Assembly: GCF_963921235.1 (NCBI RefSeq)
Contig: NC_086097.1
Location: 181,662,001 to 181,726,000 of the forward strand
Length of the DNA stretch: 64,000 nt
Direction of reading: 5' to 3'
From: Mobula hypostoma
Lineage: Eukaryota
This document shows, one piece after another, positions 1 through 11,899 of this stretch; the first letter of the stretch is position 1; every line of letters begins with the position of its first letter. The position numbers were made by a program, and so were the translations under genes. The notes beneath the pieces were generated by a model. The model did not search any database. It was not told the DNA's origin and saw nothing but the letters and a program-made list of their open reading frames with translations.

Positions 1-344
1 GAAGGTGGAAGTTACTGGTCACCCAGGAAAGGCCCTGGCGAGGGAGTTAGAAGAGCTTGCTCTCCTCAACTTCGAAAAGCAACCTAATGTGTTCTACAGC
101 CAATTCAATACCTCTGAAGTTTAGTCACTGTGGTAATATAGAAAACTGGCAGCCAACTTATACATGGCATGATCTCAGAAAATGACAGGTAACCTGATAT
201 TTCAGCCTGGCGCCATTGGAAGGATGAATTCTGGGAACATTGTCTATTCAGCTTTTCTACACTCTGCCAAGAAAAACTCCACATTTGCTGAGATGAGGCT
301 TTGCCTCATCCTGCAGGCAAAGGCATTGGCACTGTCCTTCAGCA

Positions 345-3300
345 CCATAAGACATGGAAACAGAATTAGGCCATCTGGCCCATTGAGTCTGCTCTGCTTG
401 AGTCTCCATCATGGCTGATTTATTATCCCACTCAATCCCATTTTCCTGCCTTCTCCCCATAACCTCTGACATTCTGACTAATCAAAAAACTATCAACTTC
501 CACCTTAAATACATTCAATGATTTGCCCTCCACTGCCACCTGTGGCAATGAATTCCACTGATTCACTACCCTCTAGCTAAAGAAATTCCTCCTCCTAATA
601 GACATCCTTCTATTCTATGGCTGTGCCCTCTAGTTCTAGATTTACTCACTATAGGAAACATCCACCCCACATCCATTCAATCCAGGCCTTTCAATATTTG
701 ACAGGCTTCAATGAGCTCTCCCTCATTCTTCTAAAATACAGTGAGCACAGGCCGAGAGCCATCTAACACTCCTCATACCTTTCATTCCCACAAACATTCT
801 CATGAGCTTCCTCTGACACTCTCCAATGCCAGCTCATCTTTTCCTGGATAAGGGGCCCAAAACTGCTCATAATACTCCCAAGTATTATACTCCAAATGCC
901 TTGTAAAGCCTTAGCATTACACCTTTGCTCTTATATTCTAATCCTCTCCAAATGAATGCTTACGTTGCATTTCCTTCTTCACTACCGACTCAACCTGCAA
1001 GTTAATGTTTCGGGAATCCTGCACAAGGACTCCCAAATCCCTTTGCAGCTCTGATTTTTGAATTTTCTCCCTGCTTGGAAAATATTTTGTGCCTTTATTC
1101 CTTCTACCAACCTGCATGACCATATATTTCTCTACACTACATTCCATAATTCTTTGTCCATTTGCCCAGTTTAAGAACTTCGGCAGAGTCCCAGCTTCCC
1201 TAACACAACCTATCCCTCCACCTAACTTCATATCATATGCAAACTCGGCCATAAAGCCATCAATTCTTCATCCAAATTATTGTCAACTAATGTGAAAAGA
1301 AGCAGTCCCAACACTGACCCCTGCCTTCCTCCCTTCTTAGAGTGGAGTGACATTTACAATTTTCCAGTCTTCCAGACCATGCAGAAACTAGTGATTCTTG
1401 AAAGATCATTATCAATGTCTCCACAATCTCTTTAGCTACCTCTTTCACGATCCTATCTTCAGATCTTGCACATTCCCAAGCACATTCTCCGTAGTAATAG
1501 AAACTACATTCACTTCTGCCCGACATTCCTGAATTTCTCGTAACACACAAAAAATGCTGGTGGAATGCAGCAGGCCAGGCAGCATCTCAAGGGAGAGGTA
1601 CAGTCGATGTTTCGGGCCAAGACCCTTCATCAGGACTAACTGAAAGAAGTAAGAGATTTGAAAGTAGGAGGGGGAGGGGGAGATCCGATATGATAGAAGA
1701 AGACAGGAGGGGAGGGGTGGATCTAAGAGCTGGAAAGTTGATTGGCAAAAGGGATACCAGACTGGAGAAGGGAGAGGATCATGCAACAGGAGGCCTGGGG
1801 AGTAAGAGAAGGGGGGGAGGGGAGCCCAGAGGGTGGAGAGCAGGCAAACAGTTATAGTGAGAGGGACAGAGGGATTAAAAAGAGAGAGAGAAAAAAATAC
1901 ATATTAAATAAATAAATAAGGTGTGTGTTTGTGTCTTCCACAGCTAAGACTAACCTAAAATACATATTAAGTTTGTCCGCCATTCCTTTGCCTCCCATCA
2001 TTACCCCTCTGGAGTCATTTTCCATTCAGCTCTCTATATGTCCGGAAAAAAATGGTATCCCCTTTGATGTTATTTTTACTCTACTTATGGCTTTTTAGTT
2101 GCCTGCTACTGGTTTTTAAAAGCTTTCCAATCCTCTACCTTCCTATTAATTTTTGCTACATTATATGCCTCCCTTTTCCTTTTAAGCTGTCTTTGAATTG
2201 CACTGTCAGCCACAGTTGCCTCATCCTCCCTTTAAAATACTTCATCACTGGGATCCTGCACCCTCTGAATTGCCCCAAAACTCTAGCCATTGCTGTTCTG
2301 GCGTCATCCCCGCTAGTGTCCCCTTCCAGTCAACTTTAGCCAACTCCTCTCTCATGCCTCTATAATTCTCTTTACTTCCCTTTAATGACTTTATACCAGA
2401 CTTTACCTTCTCCCTCTCAAACTGCAGGGTGTATTCTATCATATTATGATCATTTCTTCCAAAGGGTTCCTTTGCCTTGAGCTCCTGTATTAAATCAGGT
2501 TCATTTCACAACACCCAATCCAGAATTGCCTTTCCCCTAACAGACCTAAACACAAATTGCTCTAAAAAGCAATTTCATGGGCATTCGATAAATCCCCTCT
2601 TTTGGGATCCAGCACCAACCTGATTTTCCCAATCTACATGCATATTGAAATCCCTCATCATTATCTAACATTGCCCTTTTTACATGCCTTTTCTATCTCC
2701 CATTGTAATTTGTAGCCCACATCCTGGTTTTAAGTTTGGAGACCTGTACATAACCAAGAAAGCCAATGAACAACCTCCACTGACCTGCCTACCCTTGTGA
2801 CCATTCTTTGATCTTCCTGTAGCCACAACTCAGTGATGCCCATAACATCGTACTGGCCAATCTCTAACTGCGCTACAAGATCACCTATCTTATTCCGTAT
2901 ACTGTGTACATTCAATTAACATCTTCAGTTCTGTATTCACCCTTTTCAATTTTGCCCCCATGTTACACTTCACTCATCCCAATAACTAATTTACTCTATC
3001 ATCTGCCTGCCTTTCCTCAGTCTCACAACACAATGCATCTACTTGTATACCAACTGCTCCATCCTCAGCCCTATCATTCCTGTACCCACTCCCCTGCCAA
3101 ATAAGTTCAAAACTTCGCAAACCTGCCCACATGGATATTGGACCCTCTCAGGTTCAGGTGTAACCTATCCTTTGTACAGGTCATACCCTTCCAGAAGAGA
3201 TCCTAACGATCTGGAAATCTGAAACTCTGCCACTGCACCAATTCTTCAGTCAGGCATTCATCAGCCAAATCATCCAATTCTTACCCTTACTGGCATGTGG

Positions 3301-4110
3301 CACAGGGAGCAATCCAGAAATTACTACCATGGAGGTCCCGCTTTTCAGCTTCCTAACTCCCCGTATTCCCTCTTCAAATCTCCTCCCTTTTTCTACCTAT
3401 GTAGTTGATACAATATGTACCATGACTTCTGGCTACTCATCTTCCCTGTCGAGAAAGTTGTGCACCTGATACGAGACATCCCTGACCCCTGGGAGGCAAA
3501 ATACTACTTGTGTTTTTTTTACCAAGTCCACAGAATCTCCTATTTGCTTGTCTAACTGTGGAATTCGTTGTTACTACTGCAGCCCTCTTCCCTCCCCTTC
3601 TTTTCTGAGCCACAAAGCCATACTAAGTACCAGAGACCTGCTCGCTTCAGCTTCTCTGTAGCAGGTCATCTCCCCAACAGTAGCTATTATTAAGGAGAAT
3701 AACTGCAGGGGTACTCAGCACTGACTGCCCATTTCCTTTCCCTCTCCTGACAGTCACCCAGTTACCTTGCCTCTTGCAGCCTAGGGATGACTACTTCCCT
3801 GAAGCTCCTAACTATTACCTCCTCATTCTTCCATATGAGCTGAAGATCATTGAGCTGCAGTTTCAGTTCCTTAACACAATCCCTGAGGAGCTGCAGTTTA
3901 ATACATCTCATGCAGAAGCAGTTATCAGGGAGACTCCCCAGAGTTCAAACATCTTACACAAAGAACTTATCACCAACTCTGCACCCATTCTTAGCGTACT
4001 AGCTATCTAGTAATAGACAAAGAAAGAGGTGGAAAAAATCTTACTAGAAACTTACTTAGAACCTCAACCTGTGCTTGCTTAAGCCTGCTTTTGCCAAAGT
4101 CTCCCACTCC
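345..4110 (-). mobile_element. Old, internally deleted CR1 LINE (3' end ~345, RT, endonuclease and ORF1 remnants)
   Basis: Remnant peptides QKSELQRDLGVLVQ, EIVETLIMIFQESL, NVHSIRNKI...MGITELWL; many stops; ends approximate. Confidence 0.8.
1542..1930 (-). mobile_element. Penelope-like element 3' terminal fragment nested in CR1
   Basis: Near-identical to 6685-7070; degenerate hammerhead motif at 1602-1637. Confidence 0.75.
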
Positions 4111-4682
4111 AACAATACCCACACTGATTACACCTCCCTTTTTTATTGTTTCAAATAAAACTCACTCCCAACTACTTATTCTTTTCAAATGACTCCCGCC
4201 TTGTAACGATGTCTATTTCTCTCTCTCACTGCTTCAAATTATGACTCATCACAACATTTTGTTCGCAAGCCCCTGAACACCAGACAGTCTAGTGCTCCCT
4301 CAGTAATGTCCCTCCAACAGTGTGCTGCTAACCAACAGACCATGCAGTGTTTCTTCAGGACTGTCCTGGTTTGTTAGAGCTTTTTGGCTTCCCCAGAACT
4401 ATATTTTGACACTGCAACACCCCCAAAGTATTTCACTTATGCATTGGCGTTAGTGATTGGCTCTAGAATTGGTCTCTAGAATTACACTTGAACCCTCAGC
4501 TTTTGTCTTGGAGCTGACTGCAGGCTGATGCCAGATGTCCCTGTCACCATTAACTCCTGAAGACAGAACTGTTGCACTCTACATTGGAGCAGCAGAGGTG
4601 ACGTGCTCTTTAAAGTCTGCTACTGTACCTGTGCTTATAAAATAGCAGAGCAGCACAATAGAGGACAGAATAGTGTTATTAC

Positions 4683-4774
4683 CTGTATAATATCCTGGGG
4701 GAAGAACCTCATCCTGTTTGTAACATTGATCACCAAGCAGCTGCCTCAAAGCTTCTGCCACCAGGCCTTTGTAA
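4683..4774 (-). CDS. FASTK: FASTK coding exon 6; gene probably continues beyond the window start
   Basis: Acceptor tctgttgccAG, donor ACAG|GTAAT; SYKGLVAEALRQLLGDQCYKQDEVLPPGYYT; phase 2 to 1. RAP-domain exons not found in 1-4682. Confidence 0.92.
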
Positions 4775-5224
4775 CTGGCAACAGATAAAAGAGGGCGGTA
4801 TCTCAAATAACAGGAAGGAACTGAAAACCCCTGGCAGTAATCATTGCAGCTTCAACAAGAAAGACCCCAACGACAGAAATAATAAATAAACAAATATGTC
4901 CGTTGAGACAGAGAGGGAGATGCGATGAGGGGAGACCCAGGTCTTTGAGAAGCTGGAACATGCATTGACAGGATTCAAGAGCCTGAACTCTAGCAAGCTA
5001 AATGCTTGGTCACCAACATAACTAAAAACAGAAGGGGCATTCACTAACAGTGGAAAGGAGTTTTAGGTCATTGTACAATGGCAGGATGTGATAGAGAAAC
5101 AAACTGAAATCAGAAGGAAACATCTTTGGGGAAAGTGTAGTGAGTGAGTTCAACACTTTCACAGAATAGGCACCAGACAAAAGACTTCATGAATCCACTA
5201 TGAATCAATTACACAAACTGACAG

Positions 5225-5440
5225 CACAGGCAACACTGTGATACAACAGCTTCAGACACCCAGGTTTGATCCTGATCTCTAGTACTCTCTGTGTGGAGAT
5301 TGCACACTCTCCCTGTGACTGTCTAGGTTTTCCCTTGGTTCTAGTTTTGTCCCACATCCCAAAGACCCCTAACAAGTCTACTTGGGGGCTTGTTAATAGG
5401 TTTCTGCAAACTGCCCCTTAGTGTAAGTGGATGGCAGAAT
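5225..5440 (+). mobile_element. Degenerate tRNA-derived SINE (V-SINE/HE1-like)
   Basis: B-box-like GGTTTGATCC followed by TGTGTGGAGATTGCAC...CCCACATCCCAAAGAC core. Confidence 0.55.
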
Positions 5441-6684
5441 TAGACTGTTGAATGGAGAGACAGGAGCGAAGCCCAGATGGCACTAAATGGCGACTCCTTT
5501 GCTTGCATCTTCAGAAACAGTCTATTTATAATCTTCGATATCTCTTTTTACCCTTTTTTAAGGCTTTTTTGAAGACCTCGACCTGGAGTTACACTCTGTG
5601 ACTTCAGTTCTTTACAGGAATGGGAGCCGTTCTCAGGGCCTCAAGACCGGTCACTTTTTGATATCCCAAGGACGCGGGCTGGCAGGTGAGCGCACCTTCA
5701 GTGTTCCGGACTTTCATGGCTTTGAAGACCATGACTGAAGCTTTGCGGGAGAACACGGAACATCGGGAGCAGTGGGTTGGCTGCTGAGGGTTGTGTGTCC
5801 GAAGGGCTGTACCTTTATGGTGCTGACACTCTGGGTGCAGAGCTTAGAAAAAGTGACGCAACAGACTTTTAACATCGTAGATCAGTGAGCTGCTCGTTAT
5901 GTCTCCCCTCTCGCTGTGAAACAGGGACACCTCTTTTCCCTTATTAGGGAGAGGGAGAGCCTGTGGTATGTCGAATTACCGGACAAACGAGTAGTTTTTG
6001 GGATACTGCAAGTATGTGCCTTCACTGATGTTTTGCTGCACGCTTGAGTGTTCGGTGGAGGGCACTGATGCTTTTTTGCTGGTGGGGGTGGGGTTGTTGC
6101 CTTGCTGCTGCCTGTGCGTGGGATGAGCTGGGGGGGGGGGTGGAGTCTTTGGGATTCTAGCATTTTACCTGTCATTCATTCTTTGGGGCACTCATCTGTT
6201 TTCGTGTATGTTTGCAAGAAAAAAGATTTCAGGGTGTATATCATATACATTTCTCTGACATTAAATGTACCTATTGAAACCTAGTTTGAAGTGCTCTGGA
6301 CCTCATAATCTACCTCATTAGAATCTTGCACCTCAATTACAGTTCTGCCTGAACTGTACTTTCTCATACTTTACTCTCTATGCTGTTATTGCTTTGCTTC
6401 AATGTACTGTTGTAATGAAATGATTTGTATATACAATATGCAAGACAGTTTTTCACTATACCTTGATACATGTGACAATAGCAACCAATTTATTGAGGGT
6501 GAATTGATGCCATGGGGGAAAGAGGATAGGTTTCAGGGAAATAAAGGAGAGGAGTGGGATTCATAAGTGCGATCTGAGAGCAGCACAGATGTGAAGGGCC
6601 GAATGCCTGCCTTCTGTGTCCTAAGATTACATGAAATATGAGTAGAGTCTTGGACAATTGGAACTTAAAGTTAATCTGATCAAT

Positions 6685-7954
6685 CAACACACATAAAAGT
6701 TGCTGGTGAACGCAGCAGGCCAGGCAGCATCTGTAGGAAGAGGTGCAGTCGACGTTTCAGGTCGAGACCCTTCGTCAGGACTAACTGAAGGAAGAGTGAG
6801 TAAGGGATTTGAAAGTTGGAGGGGGAGGGGGAGATCCAAAATGATAGGAGAAGACAGGAGGGGGAGGGATGGAGCCAAGAGCTGGACAGGTGATAGGTAA
6901 AAGGGATACGAGAGGATCATGGGACAGGAGGTCTGGGAAGAAAGACAAGGAGTGGGGGGGGGGACCCAGAGGATGGGTAAGGGGTATATTCAGAGGAACA
7001 GAGGGAGAAAAAGGAGAATGAGAGAAAGAATTTGTGTATAAAAATAAGTAACAGATGGGGTACGAGGGGGAGGTGGGGCCTTAGCGGAAGTTAGAGAAGT
7101 CGATGTTCATGCCATCAGGTTGGAGGCTACCCAGACGGAATATAAGGTGTTGTTCCTCCAACCTGAGTGTGGCTTCATCTTTACAGTAGAGGAGGCCGTG
7201 GATAGACATGTCAGCATGGGAATGGGATGTGGAATTAAAATGTGTGGCCACTGGGAGATCCTGCTTTCTCTGGTGGACACAGCGTAGATGTTCAGCAAAG
7301 CGGTCTCCCAGTCTGCGTCGGGTCTCACCAATATATAAAAGGCCACATCGGGAGCACTGGACGCAGTATATCACCCCAGTCGACTCACAGGTGAAGTGTT
7401 GCCTCACCTGGAAGGACTGTTTGGGGCCCTTAATGGTGGTAAGGGAGGAAGTGTAAGGGCATGTGTAGCACTTGTTCCGCTTACACGGATAAGTGCCAGG
7501 AGGGAGATCAGTGGGGAGGGATGGGGGGGACGAATGGACAAGGGAGTTGTGTAGGGAGCGATCCCTGCGGAAAGCAGAGAGGGGGTGAGGGAAAGATGTG
7601 CTTAGTGGTGGGATCCCGTTGGAGGTGGCGGAAGTTACGGAGAATAATATGTTGGACCCGGAGGCTGGTGGGGTGGTAGGTGAGGACCAGGGGAACCCTA
7701 TTCCTAGTGGGGTGGCGGGAGGATGGAATGAGAGCAGATGTACGTGAAATGGGAGAGATGCGTTTAAGAGCAGAGTTGATAGTGGAGGAATGGAAGCCCC
7801 TTTCTTTAAAAAAGGAAGACATCTCCCTCGTCCTAGAATGAAAAGCCTCATCCTGAGAGCAGATGCGGCGGAGACGGAGGAATTGCGAGAAGGGGATGGC
7901 GTTTTTGCAAGAGGCAGGGTGAGAAGAGGAATAGTCCAGATAGCTGTGAGTCTG
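6685..7954 (-). mobile_element. 5'-truncated Penelope-like retroelement with GIY-YIG endonuclease
   Basis: C-terminal ORF CKRNKCYTC...VIYCVQCSRCGLLYIGETRRRLGDRFAEH...HFN; one frameshift near 7590; 11-bp TSD ATCTGATCAAT at 6674-6684 and 7955-7965. Confidence 0.9.
6747..6782 (-). ncRNA. Minimal type I hammerhead ribozyme motif (Penelope-associated)
   Basis: Minus strand reads AGUC-CUGACGA-A-GGGUCUCGACCU-GAAAC-GUC-GACU: stem I, core, stem II, GAAA, and palindromic AC/GU stem III. Confidence 0.75.
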
Positions 7955-10113
7955 ATCTGATCAATGTCAGCTCTGAACCACACATAATCTCTGGGAACCA
8001 AGAGAATGATCAGTGAAGTAGCCATTAAAAATCAGTAGCTTCTGCTATTAACAGACATGGTGAAGAAGCCTCAATGGCTGTGGAACAACGTTGCAGCAAC
8101 ATTTGCACAGTGATCAGCCAAATCAGGCTCAGCAATTGCAACATACCATCTTTCTCAGGAGAGACCTACTATGTGGTGGTTGCGAATAAGTTCCTCAAAA
8201 CCTTAATTACTGTCAGGTTCATCAATAAACATTCAGGCTGCCATCCGTCCTTGGAGATTAAAGCTTCATAACATCCCAGCTGGCATGGAGATATTGAATT
8301 GAAATAAATTATTGACAAATGTACTGAGATACAGTGAAAAGCTTGCCTTGCATACTGTTCAAGCAGATCAAATCATTACACAGTGCATTGGGGTAGAACC
8401 AGGTAGAACAATAACAATGCAGAATAAAATTTAACAGCTAGTGAAAGGTGCAGAGCAGGTAAACAATAAGGTGGGAGATCATAACCAGGTAGATTGTAAA
8501 GTCAATGGTCCAGCTTATTGTACCAGGGAAACATTTAGTGGTCTTATTAGAGTGGGGTACAAGCTGTCTTTGAGTCTAGTGGTAGGTGCTTTCAGGTATT
8601 TTTACTTCTGCCCAGTGGGAGAGAATGTCCACCATATTTAAGTATGCTGGATGCTTTAGTGTCACAGGTAGAGAAGTTACTATACCAAGCTGTTATGTAT
8701 CCATATTTATTTTATTCAGCGTGGAACAGGTCCTTCGGCCCTTCAAGCCATACTGCTCAGCAATCCACCGACTTAACCCTAACCTAATCACAGGACAATT
8801 TACAATGATCAGTTAACCTACTAATCTATGTGTCTTTGGATTGAGAGAGAAAAGCAAAGGACCCAGAGGAAACCACGTGCTCATGGAAAGGAATGTACAA
8901 ATTTGCTTACAGAGGATGCTGGAATTGTACTCCGAACTCTACTGTGGTGCCCTGGTAGAAAGCATAGAGGATGCTTCCTATAGTGCATAGATGAAAATTG
9001 GTAAGAACAATGGAGATGTGCCAATTCCTTGAGCCTCCTGAGGAAGTTGAGATGTAAGTGAGTTTTCTTGGCTATGTTGTCTATGTAGTAGGATCAGGAC
9101 ATGTTATTGGTGATGTTTTCACTCCAAAGAACTTTGAAACGTTCACTCCTAGGAACTTAGAAGCTTTCAACACTTTCAACCTCAGCACCATTGACACAGT
9201 CTGGAGTACGTGCACCATGGCCTTTCCTGAAGTCAGTGACCATCTGTTTTGTTTTGCTGACATTAAGGGAAAGGCAGTTGTCATGAGACCCTTTGACAAG
9301 CTTTCTATCTCCCTTCCAGTACTGCAGCTCATCATTATGAGATGTGGCCCATGACGGTGATGTCAACCCCAAACTTTTAGATCAAGGTAGAGCAGAAACT
9401 GTTAATTAGAAATCACAGAAAATTTACCCTACCATAAACTGCCATTCAGCCTTTGCTGTCTGTGCTTATCAATCAACACAACTTGATCTCAAGTGGCCCA
9501 AGGCAAAGTAAATGTAAACTAGCTCTTCATGGCTGGTTTATTGGGAAAGGAGGTGGGCATGGGGGGAGGGAAGAAAGTGAATAACAAATCTACCTGGGCC
9601 TGTTTCCAATTAACCACCAGCCAGTTTGCAGGGTAACCAGAATGGGACAAGGAACAGGCAGGAAGAAGATAAAGAGAAAAAGGTATCAGAATCAGGTTTA
9701 TAATCACTGTGAATTCCTTGAGCCTCCTGAAGTAAGGTGAAGTATGTTGTTTTAAGCCAGCAGTATATGAAAGGACATAGCATTACGAGAGATTACGAAA
9801 CAAATAGTGCCACAAGAAAAGGAATAATTAAGTAGAGTTCACAAGTTCATGAACTGTTCAAAAATCGGATGTTTCTAAATTGTTGAATGTGGGGATAGAG
9901 GCACCTTGTACATGGGTACCACCTCCTTGATGGTTGTAATAAAAGGCCATGTCCTGGATGGTGAGGGTCCTTATGGATGAATGTTGATATGTTGATTTTG
10001 TGGAGCACATGAGGGGCGGGGGTGGCGAGGGAAGAGAAATGAGACAGGTGAGGCAGGAGGAGACATCAGTGCCAGGACACGGTGGGGTGGAGCACAATCA
10101 AAGTATCACTTAC

Positions 10114-10273
10114 CTGTACTTCCTGTTGACCTCATCTGCAGTCAGCACCCGGTCAAACATCATAACCTTGTACCTGTCTTCCAATCGTGGACCCTTATAG
10201 TCACGGTACTCCAGCTCAATGGCAGCATCCAGCAGGGATAAGTACCGGCGCACTATCAATCCGTATGGACTAT
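10114..10273 (-). CDS. FASTK: FASTK coding exon 5 (FAST_2 region)
   Basis: Acceptor tacttttcAG, donor ACAG|GTAAGT; NSPYGLIVRRYLSLLDAAIELEYRDYKGPRL; phase 1 to 2. Confidence 0.93.
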
Positions 10274-10649
10274 CTGAAAAGTAAATAGCAACAGGCAAAA
10301 CAGAAGAGAATGGGTTATGCAGAATGACACACTTGTACCTTGGAGTGAGAAGGGAGAGTTACTTCGGACGGGATTATGTAGAGCTCGGAGCTCCAGAGAA
10401 GACTTCTCACAAGGTTGTAAAAGACAGTGGTGAGGTTGCTTTTGGAGTACTATGTTCAGTTATGCTCATCATGTTCAAGGGAAGATGCCATTGAGCTAGA
10501 AAGACCACAGAGGAAATTGATAAAAATATTGCTAGGACTTGAGGAACTGAGTTATAGAAAGAGGTTGAGAAGAATAGGACTTCTTTAACAAGAATGTAGG
10601 AGAATGAGAGGTGATGTTATAGAGCTATATCAAATCATGAGGGGCATAG

Positions 10650-11897
10650 AGAATTCAAAGTTCAAAGTAAATTTATTATCAAAGAACATTTAGGTCACCA
10701 TATACTACCCTGAGATTTATTTTCTTGAGGCATTCACAGTAGATACAAAGAAACACCATAGAATCAATAAAAAACTACACACAGTATAAGGACGGTTAAA
10801 CAACCAACATGTAAAATACAACAAATTGTGTAATTACAAAAGGAAAGCAAAATAATAATAATAATAAATAGATAAGTAATAAGTAATATCAAGAACATGA
10901 GTTAGAGAGTCCTTGAAAGTGAGTCCATAGGTTGTGGAATCAGTTCAGTTGTATCCACTACTTCTTGCAAGCTTTTTCAATTCAAGGACATTAGTGTTTC
11001 CATCTCAGACCATGATGTACAGACCAGTCAGTATACTCTCCAATGTGCATCTACAGAAGCTTGTCAAAGTTTTAGATAACATGCCAAAATCTTTGCAAAC
11101 TTCCAAGTAGAGGTGCTACTGTGCCTTCTTTGTAAAGCCTTTCTGTGACCTTCTTTCTGTGCTGGACTGAGGACAGATCCTCTGAAATGATAACACAAAG
11201 GAATTCAAAGTTTCTGACCCTCTCTCTACACCTCTGATCCTACGATGAGCAGTGGCTCGTGGGCCTCCAGCTTCCTCCTCCTGAAGTTAATAATCATCTC
11301 TTTGGGTTGAGTGAGAGGTTGTTGCTGTGGCATCATTCAGCAACATTTGCAATCTTATGTGCTGATTCATCTGCACCTTCAATGCAGCTAACACACTGTG
11401 GTGTCTTCAGCAAACTTAAGTATGGCATTTGGCCTGCATGTAGCTTCACAGTCATAAGTACAAAGTGAGTAGGAAAAGGGAACTAAAACACAGCCTTGTG
11501 GTACATCTGTGCTGATGGAGATGTTGTTGTCAATCCAAACTGACTGGAGTCTGCAAGTGACAAAATCAAGGATCCAGTTGCGCAAGGAGATATTGATGCC
11601 CAGGTTTTGGAGCTTATTGATTAGTTTTGAACAGATGATAGTGTTGAATGCAAAGCAAGTAGTCAATGAAGAGCATCCTTATGTATCGACCTTCATTGTC
11701 CGTCCAGATGTAGCAGGGCTGAGTGAAGAGCCAATGACATGGCACCTACTGTTGACCTGTTGTGACGGGAGGCGAATTGGAGCGTATCCAAGTTACTGTT
11801 CAGGTTGGAGTCAACGTTTCATCACTAACCCCTCAGAGCTTTTCATTACAGTGGATTTAAGTACTACAGGACAATAGTCATTGAGGTAGGTTACCAC
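10650..11897 (-). mobile_element. Rex1/L2-type LINE, 3' part (split by the CR1 at 11900)
   Basis: RT remnants AFNTII...NWILDF...VPQGCVL...ILKFAEDTT; continues at 15720-16465. Confidence 0.75.
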
Positions 11898-11899
11898 AC

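Noticed and set aside
180..345. Possible next FASTK exon after acceptor-like ttgcctgcAG
   Set aside because: A phase-1 join gives an immediate stop, and the expected DF-starting RAP-proximal sequence is absent.
4480..4620. Acceptor-like sites just downstream of coding exon 6
   Set aside because: Resulting frames end in stops and do not resemble FASTK.
5455..6280. Probable interspersed repeat with LINE-like 3' tail
   Set aside because: It could not be classified from sequence alone, so it was not listed as a feature.
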